Part shown: one piece after another, positions 1-10,909 of the stretch
Position numbering within the stretch: position 1 is the stretch's first letter
How the letters are laid out: each line of letters opens with the position of its first letter
NCBI GenBank assembly: GCA_963662665.2
Contig: CAXXJS010000037.1
Coordinates: forward strand, 1 to 64,000
Source of the DNA: Candidatus Latescibacterota bacterium
GTDB lineage: Bacteria; Latescibacterota; UBA2968; GCA-2709665
Reading direction: 5' to 3'
DNA: 64,000 nucleotides
Notes under the pieces: generated by a model
The model's database searches: none
Told to the model about the DNA's origin: nothing
What the model saw: only the letters and a program-made list of their open reading frames with translations
Program-made: the position numbers and the translations under genes

Positions 1-1
1 G

Positions 2-736
2 CGCCTCCACAACCGCTGCGTCCGCAACGGCATATCCGATTCGCGCCCCTGCCATCCCGTGCGCCTTGGAGAATGTACGCATGCGAATGACGCGTGGCCG
101 GATCGGCGCCATTGGCGGCGGCGGGTCCTGTGTGGCGAATTCCGAATATGCCTCGTCCAGAACAAGCAGACAACGTTCGCCGAGTGTTTTTTCAAATGCA
201 GTGATATTCGTTGGCGTATGCCAGGTGCCCGAGGGGTTGTCCGGATTGGACAGATACACCAACCGGGCTTCGGTTTCCGCGGCAGCTTCGGCCAGTCCGT
301 CCAGGTCATTTCTGTCGTCCCGGTAAGGCACGAAATGCAGGTGGCCGCCGAACCCGTTCACGTGGTAGTTGAACGTTGGATAGGCCCCAAGGGACGTCAC
401 GACCGTCTCACCGGGCTCCACAAAAACCCTCACGACAAGCCCCAGCAGGTCATCGATTCCGCTGCCCACGCTGACGTTTTCAAACGGAACTCCGTGGAAC
501 CCGGCAATTGCGGCACGGATTTCATAGTTCTCCGGATCGTTGTACCAACTGACCCTTTCAATCGCCCGGAACATCGCCTCGCGCGCCAGCGGCGAAATCC
601 CGAAAGCGCTTTCATTTGCCCCGACCCTCACCCTGAAGGCCTCTCCGCGTTGACGTTCCAGCGCTTCAGGCCCCACAAACGGCACGATTGCGGGCAAACC
701 GCGCACAATTCGCGTAAAAGAAAACCGGTTATCCAT
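2..736 (-). CDS. PLP-dependent class I/II aminotransferase (histidinol-phosphate aminotransferase-like), 3' end runs off the window
   Basis: Not in the ORF track; manual minus-strand translation from ATG 736 gives MDNRFSFTRIVRGLP...GANESAFG...YLSNPDNPSG...LVLDEAY...RTFSKAHGMAGARIGY (PLP-lysine motif). Confidence 0.85.
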   Translation of the reverse strand, partial: MDNRFSFTRIVRGLPAIVPFVGPEALERQRGEAFRVRVGANESAFGISPLAREAMFRAIERVSWYNDPENYEIRAAIAGFHGVPFENVSVGSGIDDLLGLVVRVFVEPGETVVTSLGAYPTFNYHVNGFGGHLHFVPYRDDRNDLDGLAEAAAETEARLVYLSNPDNPSGTWHTPTNITAFEKTLGERCLLVLDEAYSEFATQDPPPPMAPIRPRVIRMRTFSKAHGMAGARIGYAVADAAVVEA

Positions 737-775
737 TTTCCGGACTCCGTGAACACGAAGATTTCGTGGCGCCCG

Positions 776-1270
776 TTAGAAGCGGATTCGGAACCGCATA
801 CGGAATTCCAGGCCTTCCTCACCGGATCCGTGCGGTTCTCCCCAATCGACCTGATCCAGATGTGCATCCACGTACGCATCGCCCATACTGAACAGGATAA
901 GGCCAATCGTTGTATACAGAAAGATATTCCGTTCGGAAGGCGCATCGTCCAACGGGCGGCGATTCAATTGGCCTCGACGAACAAAAAATGCCACCGTGGA
1001 ACTCACCTGCGCGGCGGCGATTACGCTTCCCTTTATGGTACGACGGTTATAGAACTGTCCCCAACCCGGCAGCGCCAGCGACCGCAACATGGCCCCTCGC
1101 GGGGGCCGGGTTTCGAGGATACTGTCCACGACAGTGGAATCCGGGCCTTCGGCGGCCGCCGGAGGGCACCACGCGGAAAGCGCCATTCCCGCCGCAAGCG
1201 CCATAATCTTTGCGGCGGAACCTCCCCATTCCGTATTCGCGGACCACCGATTGCAGAACTTGCGTCTCAC
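776..1270 (-). CDS. DUF5683-type membrane protein
   Basis: AMLRSLALPGWGQFYN motif, hydrophobic segments, DAYVDAHL. Confidence 0.65.
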   Translation of the reverse strand: MRRKFCNRWSANTEWGGSAAKIMALAAGMALSAWCPPAAAEGPDSTVVDSILETRPPRGAMLRSLALPGWGQFYNRRTIKGSVIAAAQVSSTVAFFVRRGQLNRRPLDDAPSERNIFLYTTIGLILFSMGDAYVDAHLDQVDWGEPHGSGEEGLEFRMRFRIRF

Positions 1271-1273
1271 GGT

Positions 1274-2212
1274 TCATGCTCCACTCGCCAATCTTGCCGC
1301 TCCCAGAATCCCCGCGTCGTCTCCCAGCTTACCCGCCACGATTTGCACACTCTCCTTCACGCCAACCGTACCGCGCTCCTGAAATGTCCTTCTGGCAGGC
1401 TCAAGCAGCCGTTCTCCCGCGCGGGAAAGTCCGCCGCACAACGCCACGACCTCCACGTTCGTCACGCTCACCAGACTCACGAGCCCTATTCCGAGCAACT
1501 TGCCGGTCTCCTCAAACATGGCGCACGCAAACCCGTCACCTGTCTCCGCCGCCTCGAACAGCGCTTGTGTCGTCAGTCCGTCGGAGATCAACACGGTTTC
1601 CGGTGTTTCCGTTTCCAGTCGTTCACGCGCCCGCCTCACCATCGCCGTGGCGGAAACGTAGAGTTCCAGACAACCAAAATTCCCGCAAGGGCAACGGGGT
1701 CCGTTCCAATCGATCGTGATGTGGCCAATCTCCGCCGCATTCCCGTTGAACCCGTGCATCAATTCGCCGTTGCACACCCAACCGCCGCCGACGCCGGTAC
1801 CCAGCGTCACACACAAAAAATGAGGCGCCTTCCTGCCGGCGCCCAGCCACTGCTCGCCAAAAGCCGCGAGATTTGCATCGTTGTCCACGACCACCGGCAT
1901 TTCGAGTGCCGCCTCCAGCCGGTCTTTCAGGCGTACGCCGTGCATGCACGGCATGTTTTCGGGAGAAATGATGACGCCATTGAACGGATCCAGCGGACCC
2001 GGGGCGCCCACGCCCACGCCGCGTACATTTGTCCCGCCCGCCTGTGGCAGCACCTGACGGACGCACCTCGCAATTCCAGCAATCACACGATCACTGCCCA
2101 GATCGGGCCGGGTGGGGCATTGGTATCGCGCCGCGATCTCGCCGGTTTCCGTTACCAGACCCGCGCGGGTGTTGGTTCCGCCCAGGTCGATGCCAACGGT
2201 AAACGCGCTCAC
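1274..2212 (-). CDS. ROK family sugar kinase (glucokinase-like)
   Basis: GIDLGGT, DNDANLAA, TLGTGVGGG, EIGH..CPCGNFGCLE zinc motif. Confidence 0.92.
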   Translation of the reverse strand: MSAFTVGIDLGGTNTRAGLVTETGEIAARYQCPTRPDLGSDRVIAGIARCVRQVLPQAGGTNVRGVGVGAPGPLDPFNGVIISPENMPCMHGVRLKDRLEAALEMPVVVDNDANLAAFGEQWLGAGRKAPHFLCVTLGTGVGGGWVCNGELMHGFNGNAAEIGHITIDWNGPRCPCGNFGCLELYVSATAMVRRARERLETETPETVLISDGLTTQALFEAAETGDGFACAMFEETGKLLGIGLVSLVSVTNVEVVALCGGLSRAGERLLEPARRTFQERGTVGVKESVQIVAGKLGDDAGILGAARLASGA

Positions 2213-2850
2213 ATTTCTGCCCGCGCCCGTCTAACGGCGGCCACGAACGCACTGGCGGTCGCCGTCAGTGCTGCCCAATCCCTGTCTGCCACGGCCCGTT
2301 TATCCACCATTGCGCTTCCGGCCCCCACCGCGCACGCGCCTGCTTTGATAAACTCAGGGGTCGTTTTGGCGTCCACACCGCCCGTCGGCATCAACCGCAC
2401 CTGGGGCAGCGGACCTTTCACGTCCTTAAAATAGGACGGGCCGCCGACGCCTGCCGGGAATACCTTGACCACGTCCGCCCCGGCCTGCCATGCCGCAAGA
2501 ATCTCAGTGGGCGTAAACCCGGCCGGCATCACCACCTTTCCGTAACGCTTGGCCATTGTGATGACATCCACGTTCAACGTGGGCCCCACCACGTACTCCG
2601 CGCCCGCCAGGATGGCAGCGCGCGCAGTCTCCGGGTCCAGTACGGATCCAACGCCCACAATCGTATCCTCCATTTTCGCGGACGCTTCCTCAATGACCTT
2701 GAGTGCTCCGGGCACCGTCATCGTTACTTCTATGGCAACCACGCCGCCATCCCGCAGTGCTTTGGATACATCCATCAATTCCACGGGCGAATCCGCCCTC
2801 AGCACCGCCACCACACCGCAGTCGATAATTCGATCCAGCACACCGGCCAT
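2209..2850 (-). CDS. eda: KDPG/KHG aldolase
   Basis: VVAVLR, IEVT, GVGSV, TPTEI, VKVFPA, MPTGGV. Confidence 0.92.
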   Translation of the reverse strand: MAGVLDRIIDCGVVAVLRADSPVELMDVSKALRDGGVVAIEVTMTVPGALKVIEEASAKMEDTIVGVGSVLDPETARAAILAGAEYVVGPTLNVDVITMAKRYGKVVMPAGFTPTEILAAWQAGADVVKVFPAGVGGPSYFKDVKGPLPQVRLMPTGGVDAKTTPEFIKAGACAVGAGSAMVDKRAVADRDWAALTATASAFVAAVRRARAEM

Positions 2851-2888
2851 GGATTACTCTCCTCTGTCTGTCCGATCGGAACCGAACA

Positions 2889-3932
2889 CTACCGCCTGAT
2901 TCTGGCTGCCGCGCCCTTCATGGCGGACTCCGCCTCCGCCCGGGTCGCCCAGTTTACATCGCCCGGGAAGGTGTGGGCAAGCGCCGAATACGCGCCGGCG
3001 AAATCCACGGCCGCCTGAGGATCCTCCCCCTCGATCAACCCGGCAATCAAACCGGCTGAGAAACTGTCTCCCCCGCCCACGCGGTCGACCATTTCCAGAT
3101 TCTCGTAGATTCGAGACAGGTAGAACGCGTCACCGTTGAACAATAGCGTCCGCCAGTCGTTCAGCAGCCCGGTCCTGGCAACCCGCAGGGTTGTGCCCAC
3201 GTAGTCCACGTCCGGATAACGTTCAATCGCCCGCCGCGCCACATCCTTGTAGCTGTCCGGATCCAGTCGACTGTAGTCATCCTTCGATCCCTCCGCTTTC
3301 AACCCCAGCACCTTCTCGAAATCTTCTTCATTGCCAATCAGTACCTTTACCAGCGGAACAATCCTGCTGGAGGTTTCCTGGGCTTTCTCGGAACTCCACA
3401 ACTTCGACCGGAAGTTCAAATCATAGCTTGTCGTTACCCCTGCCTCGCGAGCCGCCTTCAGGGCTTCCAGTGTCGTATCCGCTGCATTGTCCGAAAGCGC
3501 CGGCGTGATGCCGCTGACGTGAAACCATTTCGCGCCTTCGAAGATGGAACTCCAGTCCACCATGCCCGGCTCGATCCTGGAAATCGCCGTATGTGCCCGG
3601 TCGTAGGTCACCGCGCTGGCCCGCGGCCCGACGCCCAGTTCGACATGGTAAAATCCATTCCGTTCGATACCGACCCCGTCAAAATCCACCCAGTGTATAT
3701 TGGACATGTCCACGCCGTGTTCCCGACCCCGGTTCCGGATGACCCACCCCGTCCAATTGTCCACCAGCCGGGATACCCACGCCGTACTCAGCCCCAAATG
3801 GGCGCAGGCTACCGCCACGTTGTACTCGCCTCCGCCAACCTCAACGTCCATACTGGTGGAATTCTCCATCCGGCGGTATCCCGGCGACGACAATCGGATC
3901 ATCGCCTCTCCGAACGTAACCACGTCGAACAT
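2889..3932 (-). CDS. kdgK: 2-dehydro-3-deoxygluconokinase (PfkB family)
   Basis: VVTFGEAMIRL, GGGEYNVA, FHVSGITPAL, SYDLNFR, DRVGGGDSF; adjacent to eda; start placed at the ATG after GGAGAG. Confidence 0.85.
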   Translation of the reverse strand: MFDVVTFGEAMIRLSSPGYRRMENSTSMDVEVGGGEYNVAVACAHLGLSTAWVSRLVDNWTGWVIRNRGREHGVDMSNIHWVDFDGVGIERNGFYHVELGVGPRASAVTYDRAHTAISRIEPGMVDWSSIFEGAKWFHVSGITPALSDNAADTTLEALKAAREAGVTTSYDLNFRSKLWSSEKAQETSSRIVPLVKVLIGNEEDFEKVLGLKAEGSKDDYSRLDPDSYKDVARRAIERYPDVDYVGTTLRVARTGLLNDWRTLLFNGDAFYLSRIYENLEMVDRVGGGDSFSAGLIAGLIEGEDPQAAVDFAGAYSALAHTFPGDVNWATRAEAESAMKGAAARIRR

Positions 3933-3976
3933 TGCTTCTCTCCTCATAGAATTCAACGGGCTGCTAAGCCAGGTTT

Positions 3977-4672
3977 TCATTCATCGCTTCCGCCCAGAAG
4001 GCCGGAAAGAATCAACATCCGGAACAGTTGAAGAACCGCCACAAGCGCCGACGCCACGTAGGTCCACGCCGCCGCATTCAACACCTTCCGGGCCGCGGGA
4101 ATTTCCTCCCGGGTCAGATAACCGCCGTCACGCAGAATGGCAATCGCGCGGCTGCTGGCATTAAACTCCACGGGCAACGTGATGAGCCCGAAGAGAACGG
4201 CGAAAGAAAAGAACACGATACCCAGTTGAAGCATCAGTTCGGATTGAAAGAGAAATCCAATAAAGAACAGGGGCATACCCAGCCAGGAACCGAAATTGGC
4301 CACCGGTACGATATTCGTCCGCAGGCTTAACGGGAAATACCCGTGCGCGTGCTGAAAGGCGTGACCCGCTTCGTGCGCCGCCACGCCGATGGCCGCAAGC
4401 GACGGTGATCCGTATGTGCTGTCGGAGAGACGCAACGTATAATCCCTCGGATCGTAATGATCGGTCAGGCTGCCGCTCACGCTCTCCACCTTCACTGAAA
4501 CCCCGCCCCGCCGCAGAATATCGCGGGCTATCCGGTCCGCGGTCCACCCGCTTCGGGAACCGAATTCATCGTACCTGGCGAAGGTTCGCTTGACCTTGAA
4601 GTGCGCCCACAACGCAAGGATGAACCCGGGAATCACGAGAATCAGTGTCGGGTCCCAGAAGAGAGGAAACAT
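3977..4672 (-). CDS. Putative neutral zinc metallopeptidase (YugP / Zn_peptidase_2)
   Basis: LTDHYDP, AAHEAGHA, TLPVEFNASSRA, VLNAAAWTYVA; GGAGGT SD. Confidence 0.9.
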   Translation of the reverse strand: MFPLFWDPTLILVIPGFILALWAHFKVKRTFARYDEFGSRSGWTADRIARDILRRGGVSVKVESVSGSLTDHYDPRDYTLRLSDSTYGSPSLAAIGVAAHEAGHAFQHAHGYFPLSLRTNIVPVANFGSWLGMPLFFIGFLFQSELMLQLGIVFFSFAVLFGLITLPVEFNASSRAIAILRDGGYLTREEIPAARKVLNAAAWTYVASALVAVLQLFRMLILSGLLGGSDE

Positions 4673-4734
4673 AAACGCAACACCTCCTTCGCTTCTTACC
4701 GAAAATACTTGCGAAAAGGGTCCTGTGACGACGA

Positions 4735-5664
4735 TCAGGAATCCCCGAGAACCTCGCCGGCTTCAATCCGATACCCGCGCACCAGTTCGGCGCCGCTCAT
4801 CCGCCCCTTGCCCGCCGGTTGCACTTCTGCAAGTGCAACGGTCCCTTCACCCGCGGCCACCACACATCCCTTTCTCCCATCTGCCACGACCACCTCCCCG
4901 GGCACTCCCGATCCGTCGGCGACCGACGTTCGATGCACCTTCAGATATTCACCCCGCCACGTAGTAAACGCCCCTGGAAAGGGGTTGGTTCCGCGGACCA
5001 GATCGCGGATCGAAGCCGCGCTGCATGCCCAGTCGATCCGCCCGTCTCCCTTCTCCAGACGGGGCGCCGTGGTGACGCCTGCTTCCGGCTGCGGCATTGA
5101 TGTCAATTTGTCTCTTTCCAGCCCTTCGACGACCGTCGCCAGCGCATCCGCCCCCAACGTCTGCAATCGCCCCGAAAGCTCTCCGGCCGTCTCGTCCGGG
5201 TTGATCTCCACAGCCTGCTGAAACAACAGATCCCCCGCGTCCACCCGCCTTGTGAGCCGGAATACGCTTATCCCTGTTTCAGTTTCACCCCGGATTATCG
5301 CCCAGTTGACCGGGGCCGCCCCCCGATACTTAGGTAACAGGGACGGATGCAGGTTTACCGAGCCGAGACGCGGAATTCTCAACACGACCCCGGGCAATAT
5401 TACAAAGGCGACCACCACGAAAAGATCCGCGTCCAGGCGCCGAAGCCGTTCCAGAAAGTCCAGGGCTTCCAGAGCGTGCGGTTGCATAACCGGAAGCCCC
5501 AATCTACGGGCGGATATCTTCACGGGAGGCGGCGCCAGCTTCCGACCTCGCCCCCGCGGCCGGTCAGGTCGGGTCACGACCGCGGTAATCTCGTGGCCGC
5601 ACGCCGCCAGACGCTCCAGAGACGGCACCGCGAAATCGGGCGTCCCCATAAACACCAGCTTCAC
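4735..5664 (-). CDS. fmt: Methionyl-tRNA formyltransferase
   Basis: KLVFMGTPDFA, RPDRPRGRG, NLHPSLLPKYRGAAP, VQPAGK; GTG start after GGAG chosen (ATG at 5700 is an alternative). Confidence 0.95.
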   Translation of the reverse strand: MKLVFMGTPDFAVPSLERLAACGHEITAVVTRPDRPRGRGRKLAPPPVKISARRLGLPVMQPHALEALDFLERLRRLDADLFVVVAFVILPGVVLRIPRLGSVNLHPSLLPKYRGAAPVNWAIIRGETETGISVFRLTRRVDAGDLLFQQAVEINPDETAGELSGRLQTLGADALATVVEGLERDKLTSMPQPEAGVTTAPRLEKGDGRIDWACSAASIRDLVRGTNPFPGAFTTWRGEYLKVHRTSVADGSGVPGEVVVADGRKGCVVAAGEGTVALAEVQPAGKGRMSGAELVRGYRIEAGEVLGDS

Positions 5665-5731
5665 GACCGTCTCCAGTCGGGGAGCCGTTTCCGCCGGCAT
5701 CCCGCGAGAACCGTCCGGACCACGTCCCTGA

Positions 5732-6058
5732 TCACTTTTCTTCCACAACCCGGGAAACCGATCCTCTGGCAACCTCGACGCGCACTTCCCTGGCAATCTG
5801 AACGACCAGAATACCCGCCTCCTCTTTCACGCCCACTATCGTCCCATGAAGTCCCCCGGACGTCACGATTTTATCGCCCTTTTTCAGGGCATCGATCATC
5901 GTCTGCTGTGCCTTCTGCTTTTTGATCTGGGGTCGAAAGATCAAAAAATAAACGACGACGACCATTAGCAGCAACGGGAAAATCTGCATCAGAAATCCCG
6001 ACTGAGACCCATCGGCCGGCTGGCCACCCATAGCAAATGCTTCGCTTACGCCAAACAA
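5732..6058 (-). CDS. yajC: Preprotein translocase subunit YajC
   Basis: YFLIFRPQ.KKQK, LKKGDKIVTSGGLHG; downstream of tgt as usual. Confidence 0.95.
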   Translation of the reverse strand: MFGVSEAFAMGGQPADGSQSGFLMQIFPLLLMVVVVYFLIFRPQIKKQKAQQTMIDALKKGDKIVTSGGLHGTIVGVKEEAGILVVQIAREVRVEVARGSVSRVVEEK

Positions 6059-6147
6059 GAGAACCCTCCTTGAAGGAATCAGAAATATGAATTGAACGGT
6101 AAAATCGCTACACTTGCTGTTTCCGGACTGCTAACCTTGATTCGCAA

Positions 6148-6903
6148 GTGCGCCGTGAAAAGGCGCGGAACTTCAGTGGGTGAGAGTCCCACCCGACAGA
6201 TGTTGCCACAGTCGGAAGCAATCGGAGCGGAGACGTAGGTAACGACATCTCCGAAGCCTCCGGTGTAGAGGGTCGCCAGGCGACTCGGCGAGTATGTGGG
6301 CTGAAACGTGAGTAAACGCTGAGCAGGCCTCGAAAAGGGTAATGCGGGAGCCGACCCGGCTTGCGAACGGGGAAGGCCGCCGTCGTTGGGGAAGCAGGCA
6401 ACGAGAGCACCCAACGGTCCCGCCGGGGTAATGGCGGAGGCACGCATACAAGGAGATCCGACGCAACACGGGAAGCCCCAGCGGTGGTGGAGAGCCACCA
6501 ACCGGAAGCCCGTGAGGGCCAGGCCGGGCCGTATGGGGTGGCGGACAGGCTCGTAGTACCTGTGATGCCGGGTAACGCCGGCGGAGGAAAGGGGCCTGAC
6601 TTCGGATGTGCTTGTGAAGGGGACAACTGTCGGGAGAGTGGCGCAAGCCTATAACCTCCTCCAGAATAAGACGAGGCGACTCCAGATCAAGCTAAGGTTT
6701 CAGGTGAAGCTGTCCGGGCAGATCGGGCAGTGTGTACCTGAAGGCGATGTCCGTCGGAGAGCCGGATGCGGTAACTCCGCACGTCCGGTTCGACGAGCGG
6801 GATGTGGAAACGGAGCACGGAGGGGCTATTGAGGCACCGCCAGACGAAAGGGGCGGGAACAGACAGGCCACTCCTAAACCACCGCGCCACATCTCGACTC
6901 TAC
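6148..6903 (+). mobile_element. Group II intron lacking an intact ORF (intron-encoded protein internally deleted)
   Basis: 5' GTGCG; domain III-like TAGTACC..GCCGGGTAACGCCGGCGGAGGAAAGGG; domain V GAGCCGGATGCGG..CCGCACGTCCGGTTC (6759-6791) with AGC triad; domain VI with bulged A6897; 3' end ..CTCTAC; EBS1 TTGCGAA (6361-6367) complements 5' exon TTCGCAA (6141-6147). Confidence 0.93.
6638..6750 (+). pseudogene. Remnant of intron-encoded reverse transcriptase/maturase in domain IV
   Basis: Short ..NKTRRLQIKL segment resembling IEP N-termini (KIRxLQRKL), followed almost directly by domain V; no RT core or YADD. Confidence 0.6.
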
Positions 6904-7081
6904 TTCTTCGGGGAAGTAAAACCGAATATATGCAAGTAGATAAAGGCGAATTGACTTCGGATTACCAGGATACACCAGGTCACTGGACGTGAACTGAAAA
7001 AACGTCCTTTTTGACGACCGTTACGCCCCGTTTCAGGGGTTTTCGTCGCGTCGCCGTGTTGCTGTTTTTTTCGAATTGGGG

Positions 7082-8275
<1,194 letters not shown>

Positions 8276-8470
8276 TTATTGTACCGAAGACTTCGTTACG
8301 CGATTTCCGCAGTGCATTGAATTCTATCGCCCTATCTCGTCAGGCAGAAACGGTTCGCGGCCCGGGAGCAGCCCAAATATACCAAGCGTTCAGATGCAAG
8401 TCAACGGGTAATGAGTTTCGAACAGGGTCGGATGTTTACAGCACGCTTCGGTGCAATTTTTGCCGATCGC

Positions 8471-9706
8471 TCACCGGACAGCTTCTCTTGCATCAATGAA
8501 TTCGAGTCCGCGTTTCTCCAGTTCCGGCAGCATGTGTTCGAGCGCGGCAAGCGTGGCCGGCCTCGCGCGTCCAATGCCGATCACGGTCCCGGCGATGCCT
8601 GCCATTTCCGCCAGTGTCTCCATGGAAGATTCGACTGACTCCCGGGTTTCCTTTCGGTCCAGAAACATCGAGTTCCGGCCGGCCCGCATTCCCATTTCCT
8701 CCGCAACCGACCAGGCGAGTGACCGCGGACTGGTGAAGCTATCCACGAAAAAAAGACCGAGACGGTCCACTTCTTCCAACACCCGGCCGATTGCCGTGCG
8801 GTCCTCGGTCAACCTCGACCCCATGTGGTTGTTCAATCCCCTTGCCTGAGGCACGGTCATACGCGCCATCCGAATCAGCGTCCGGATTTTTTCCGGTGGA
8901 TGTTCCACCAGCACAGCGTTGGGACCCGGGTCATTGTGGGGATAGTTCAAGGGTTCCATCGGCAGATACACCATGACTCCGTGCCCGGCCGCGGCCGCCT
9001 GTTCAGCGATCCAGGCTGTCTTTTCGAGACCCGGAAAGATCGAGAACGTAATGGTCTGTTTCAACGCGCAGAATCCTCGAATCAATGCTTCGTTCTGATG
9101 CCCAAAATCGACCACAATAATGGCGATTCGGCCCGGCTTTCGATCGATCCTGGCGTTTCGTTTCAACGTGAACTGATTCGTTCGCACACCGTCCAATCCC
9201 ACAAACATCGACAGCCTGGCGCCTTTCCGGTCCTCCACGGCTTCAAGGACCTCACCGCCCAGTCGCCTGGCAAGGCGGGTCAGTTCCAGGTTGCAGACCG
9301 CCAGCGGCAGCCCGCCGGGTACGTTGGAGTTCAACACCCAGCGCACGGTATTATCGGTCTGTACCGGCGACCGCTTCATTGACACGGCCTCTTCCGGGAC
9401 TCCGAGCTTTACCAGGACCTCTGGCGCTTTTGATGCCACGGAATCCCCAAACGCCAGTACACCCGCCGGAAGCGTCCGCCTTTGTACCTGCTGGCTGACC
9501 GCGATTTCCTGTATGTATATAGAGGCGTCCCTCGTGCGCCATCTCATCCATCCCGCCAGGCCGCCCACCAGCACCAGTACTGATGCGAGGGTCCAGAGCC
9601 GCAAGGACGTCCGGCGGCGCCTGCGGGCCATCTTCTTTCGGCGGAAACGCCTGGGCTGTTCCGGCACGCCGAGGGTGCCGGTGGACCTTCCGGGTGTTTT
9701 TGCCAT
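8471..9706 (-). CDS. Membrane-anchored divergent polysaccharide deacetylase family protein (YibQ-like)
   Basis: Basic N-terminus plus a TM helix; LPMEP, GLNNHMGS, FFVDS, MFLD motifs. Confidence 0.8.
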   Translation of the reverse strand: MAKTPGRSTGTLGVPEQPRRFRRKKMARRRRRTSLRLWTLASVLVLVGGLAGWMRWRTRDASIYIQEIAVSQQVQRRTLPAGVLAFGDSVASKAPEVLVKLGVPEEAVSMKRSPVQTDNTVRWVLNSNVPGGLPLAVCNLELTRLARRLGGEVLEAVEDRKGARLSMFVGLDGVRTNQFTLKRNARIDRKPGRIAIIVVDFGHQNEALIRGFCALKQTITFSIFPGLEKTAWIAEQAAAAGHGVMVYLPMEPLNYPHNDPGPNAVLVEHPPEKIRTLIRMARMTVPQARGLNNHMGSRLTEDRTAIGRVLEEVDRLGLFFVDSFTSPRSLAWSVAEEMGMRAGRNSMFLDRKETRESVESSMETLAEMAGIAGTVIGIGRARPATLAALEHMLPELEKRGLEFIDAREAVR

Positions 9707-9885
9707 GGGTACCTGTGGAAATGCGAAATGGGTGGAGAAGACCGGAAGACATGGCGGCACGGCGAAACAGCACCGGGTTGGTTTCCGGATCAACCGCTGA
9801 GGGAAGTGTAAGCGGAATCAACCGAGGGGAGAATTGTAGAGCCAGTATACCGCTGCCGGGGAGATAGATCCAGTCCTTGAGTTAT

Positions 9886-10881
9886 TCAAGGAACGGCAAA
9901 ACTGATGGGCCGCGGCACAAAACAAAGCACGAAAACGACCAGGGAGACATATCCCATCAGTCGTCGATACGGATCGAGGACCATGTCAGGGTCGCCAGGC
10001 GGGGAATGCCGGCGCCCCAGCATCAACGCGATTACTATCCAGATCAGCCATCCCGGCCAACGGGTATTGAACCAGGACGAAAAACCATATTGTACGTAGA
10101 GCCAGTCATACGGCGGCCCCAGCGCCCAGAGGGCGCCAAGGACGACCAGCGCAACCTTCGATGCCAGCCCGTGAACCCGTGCTCCTCCGAAGGCATACAG
10201 AATGTGTCCGCCGTCGAACTGCCCCACCGGCATCAGATTCAGAGCGGTCACAAAGAGACCCAGCCAGCCGGCCACGAAGATCGGATGGTCGTAAATTGCG
10301 AATCCTTCGGGAAGTTCTCCGATGATTTGATTCGTCAGCCAGCCGCCCAGAATGGAATTGCCCAGTGAAATCCCTCCTGCGGCGAACGTTGAGACGGGCA
10401 CGATTTCCGACAGATGTAGTCCCGCGACCAGGGCAAGCAGGGCGACGAAAAAGCCCGCAAGCGGACCGGATGCTCCGATGTCCATCAGCGCGCGCCGGTT
10501 CGGAATGCGGGACTTTATCTTGATTACCGCACCCAGGGTACCAATCATGGACGGAAAGGGAATAAAATAGGGCAAGGTTGCGCGCACCATCCAGCGGCGC
10601 GAAGCGAGATAGTGCCCCATCTCGTGGATACCCAGGATCAGAAGCAGTGTTCCGGAAAACGGAAGTCCGAGAATCAGGTATTTCGGATTCCATAACAGTG
10701 CAGCTGAAAGGAATTCCGGCGTTAAGGATTCGGGCGAAACCGCCATACGCATGGCAACCGCCATCTGTGTACCCGCCGCCGTCGTCGTGTACGCGGTGAG
10801 GGCGAACAACAACACGTTGAGCCAGATCCGGTCTCCAGTGTCCCGTCCCCTGAATATGTTACCATTCATCCGACGATTCAT
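9886..10881 (-). CDS. Site-2 protease (M50) family intramembrane metalloprotease
   Basis: HEMGH, PYFIP, GTLGAVI, GASGPLAG, NLMPVGQFDGGH. Confidence 0.92.
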   Translation of the reverse strand: MNRRMNGNIFRGRDTGDRIWLNVLLFALTAYTTTAAGTQMAVAMRMAVSPESLTPEFLSAALLWNPKYLILGLPFSGTLLLILGIHEMGHYLASRRWMVRATLPYFIPFPSMIGTLGAVIKIKSRIPNRRALMDIGASGPLAGFFVALLALVAGLHLSEIVPVSTFAAGGISLGNSILGGWLTNQIIGELPEGFAIYDHPIFVAGWLGLFVTALNLMPVGQFDGGHILYAFGGARVHGLASKVALVVLGALWALGPPYDWLYVQYGFSSWFNTRWPGWLIWIVIALMLGRRHSPPGDPDMVLDPYRRLMGYVSLVVFVLCFVPRPISFAVP

Positions 10882-10909
10882 CCCATTGCGCACGTATACT
10901 TCAGGCCGG

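Larger units (their letters stand above)
6135..7081. mobile_element. MITE family A copy 1 (~191 bp: 6135-6147 + 6904-7081), interrupted by a group II intron
   Basis: Collinear with 20106-20295; imperfect TIRs CCTTGATTCG...CGAATTGGGG; flanked by CTAA on both sides (6131-6134, 7082-7085). Confidence 0.8.

Noticed and set aside
59-2434. 791-aa plus-strand ORF
   Set aside because: Antisense shadow of four recognisable minus-strand genes; Arg/His-rich with no motifs
6079-6992. Several small ORFs on both strands
   Set aside because: They lie within the group II intron RNA structure; only a short IEP stub is credible
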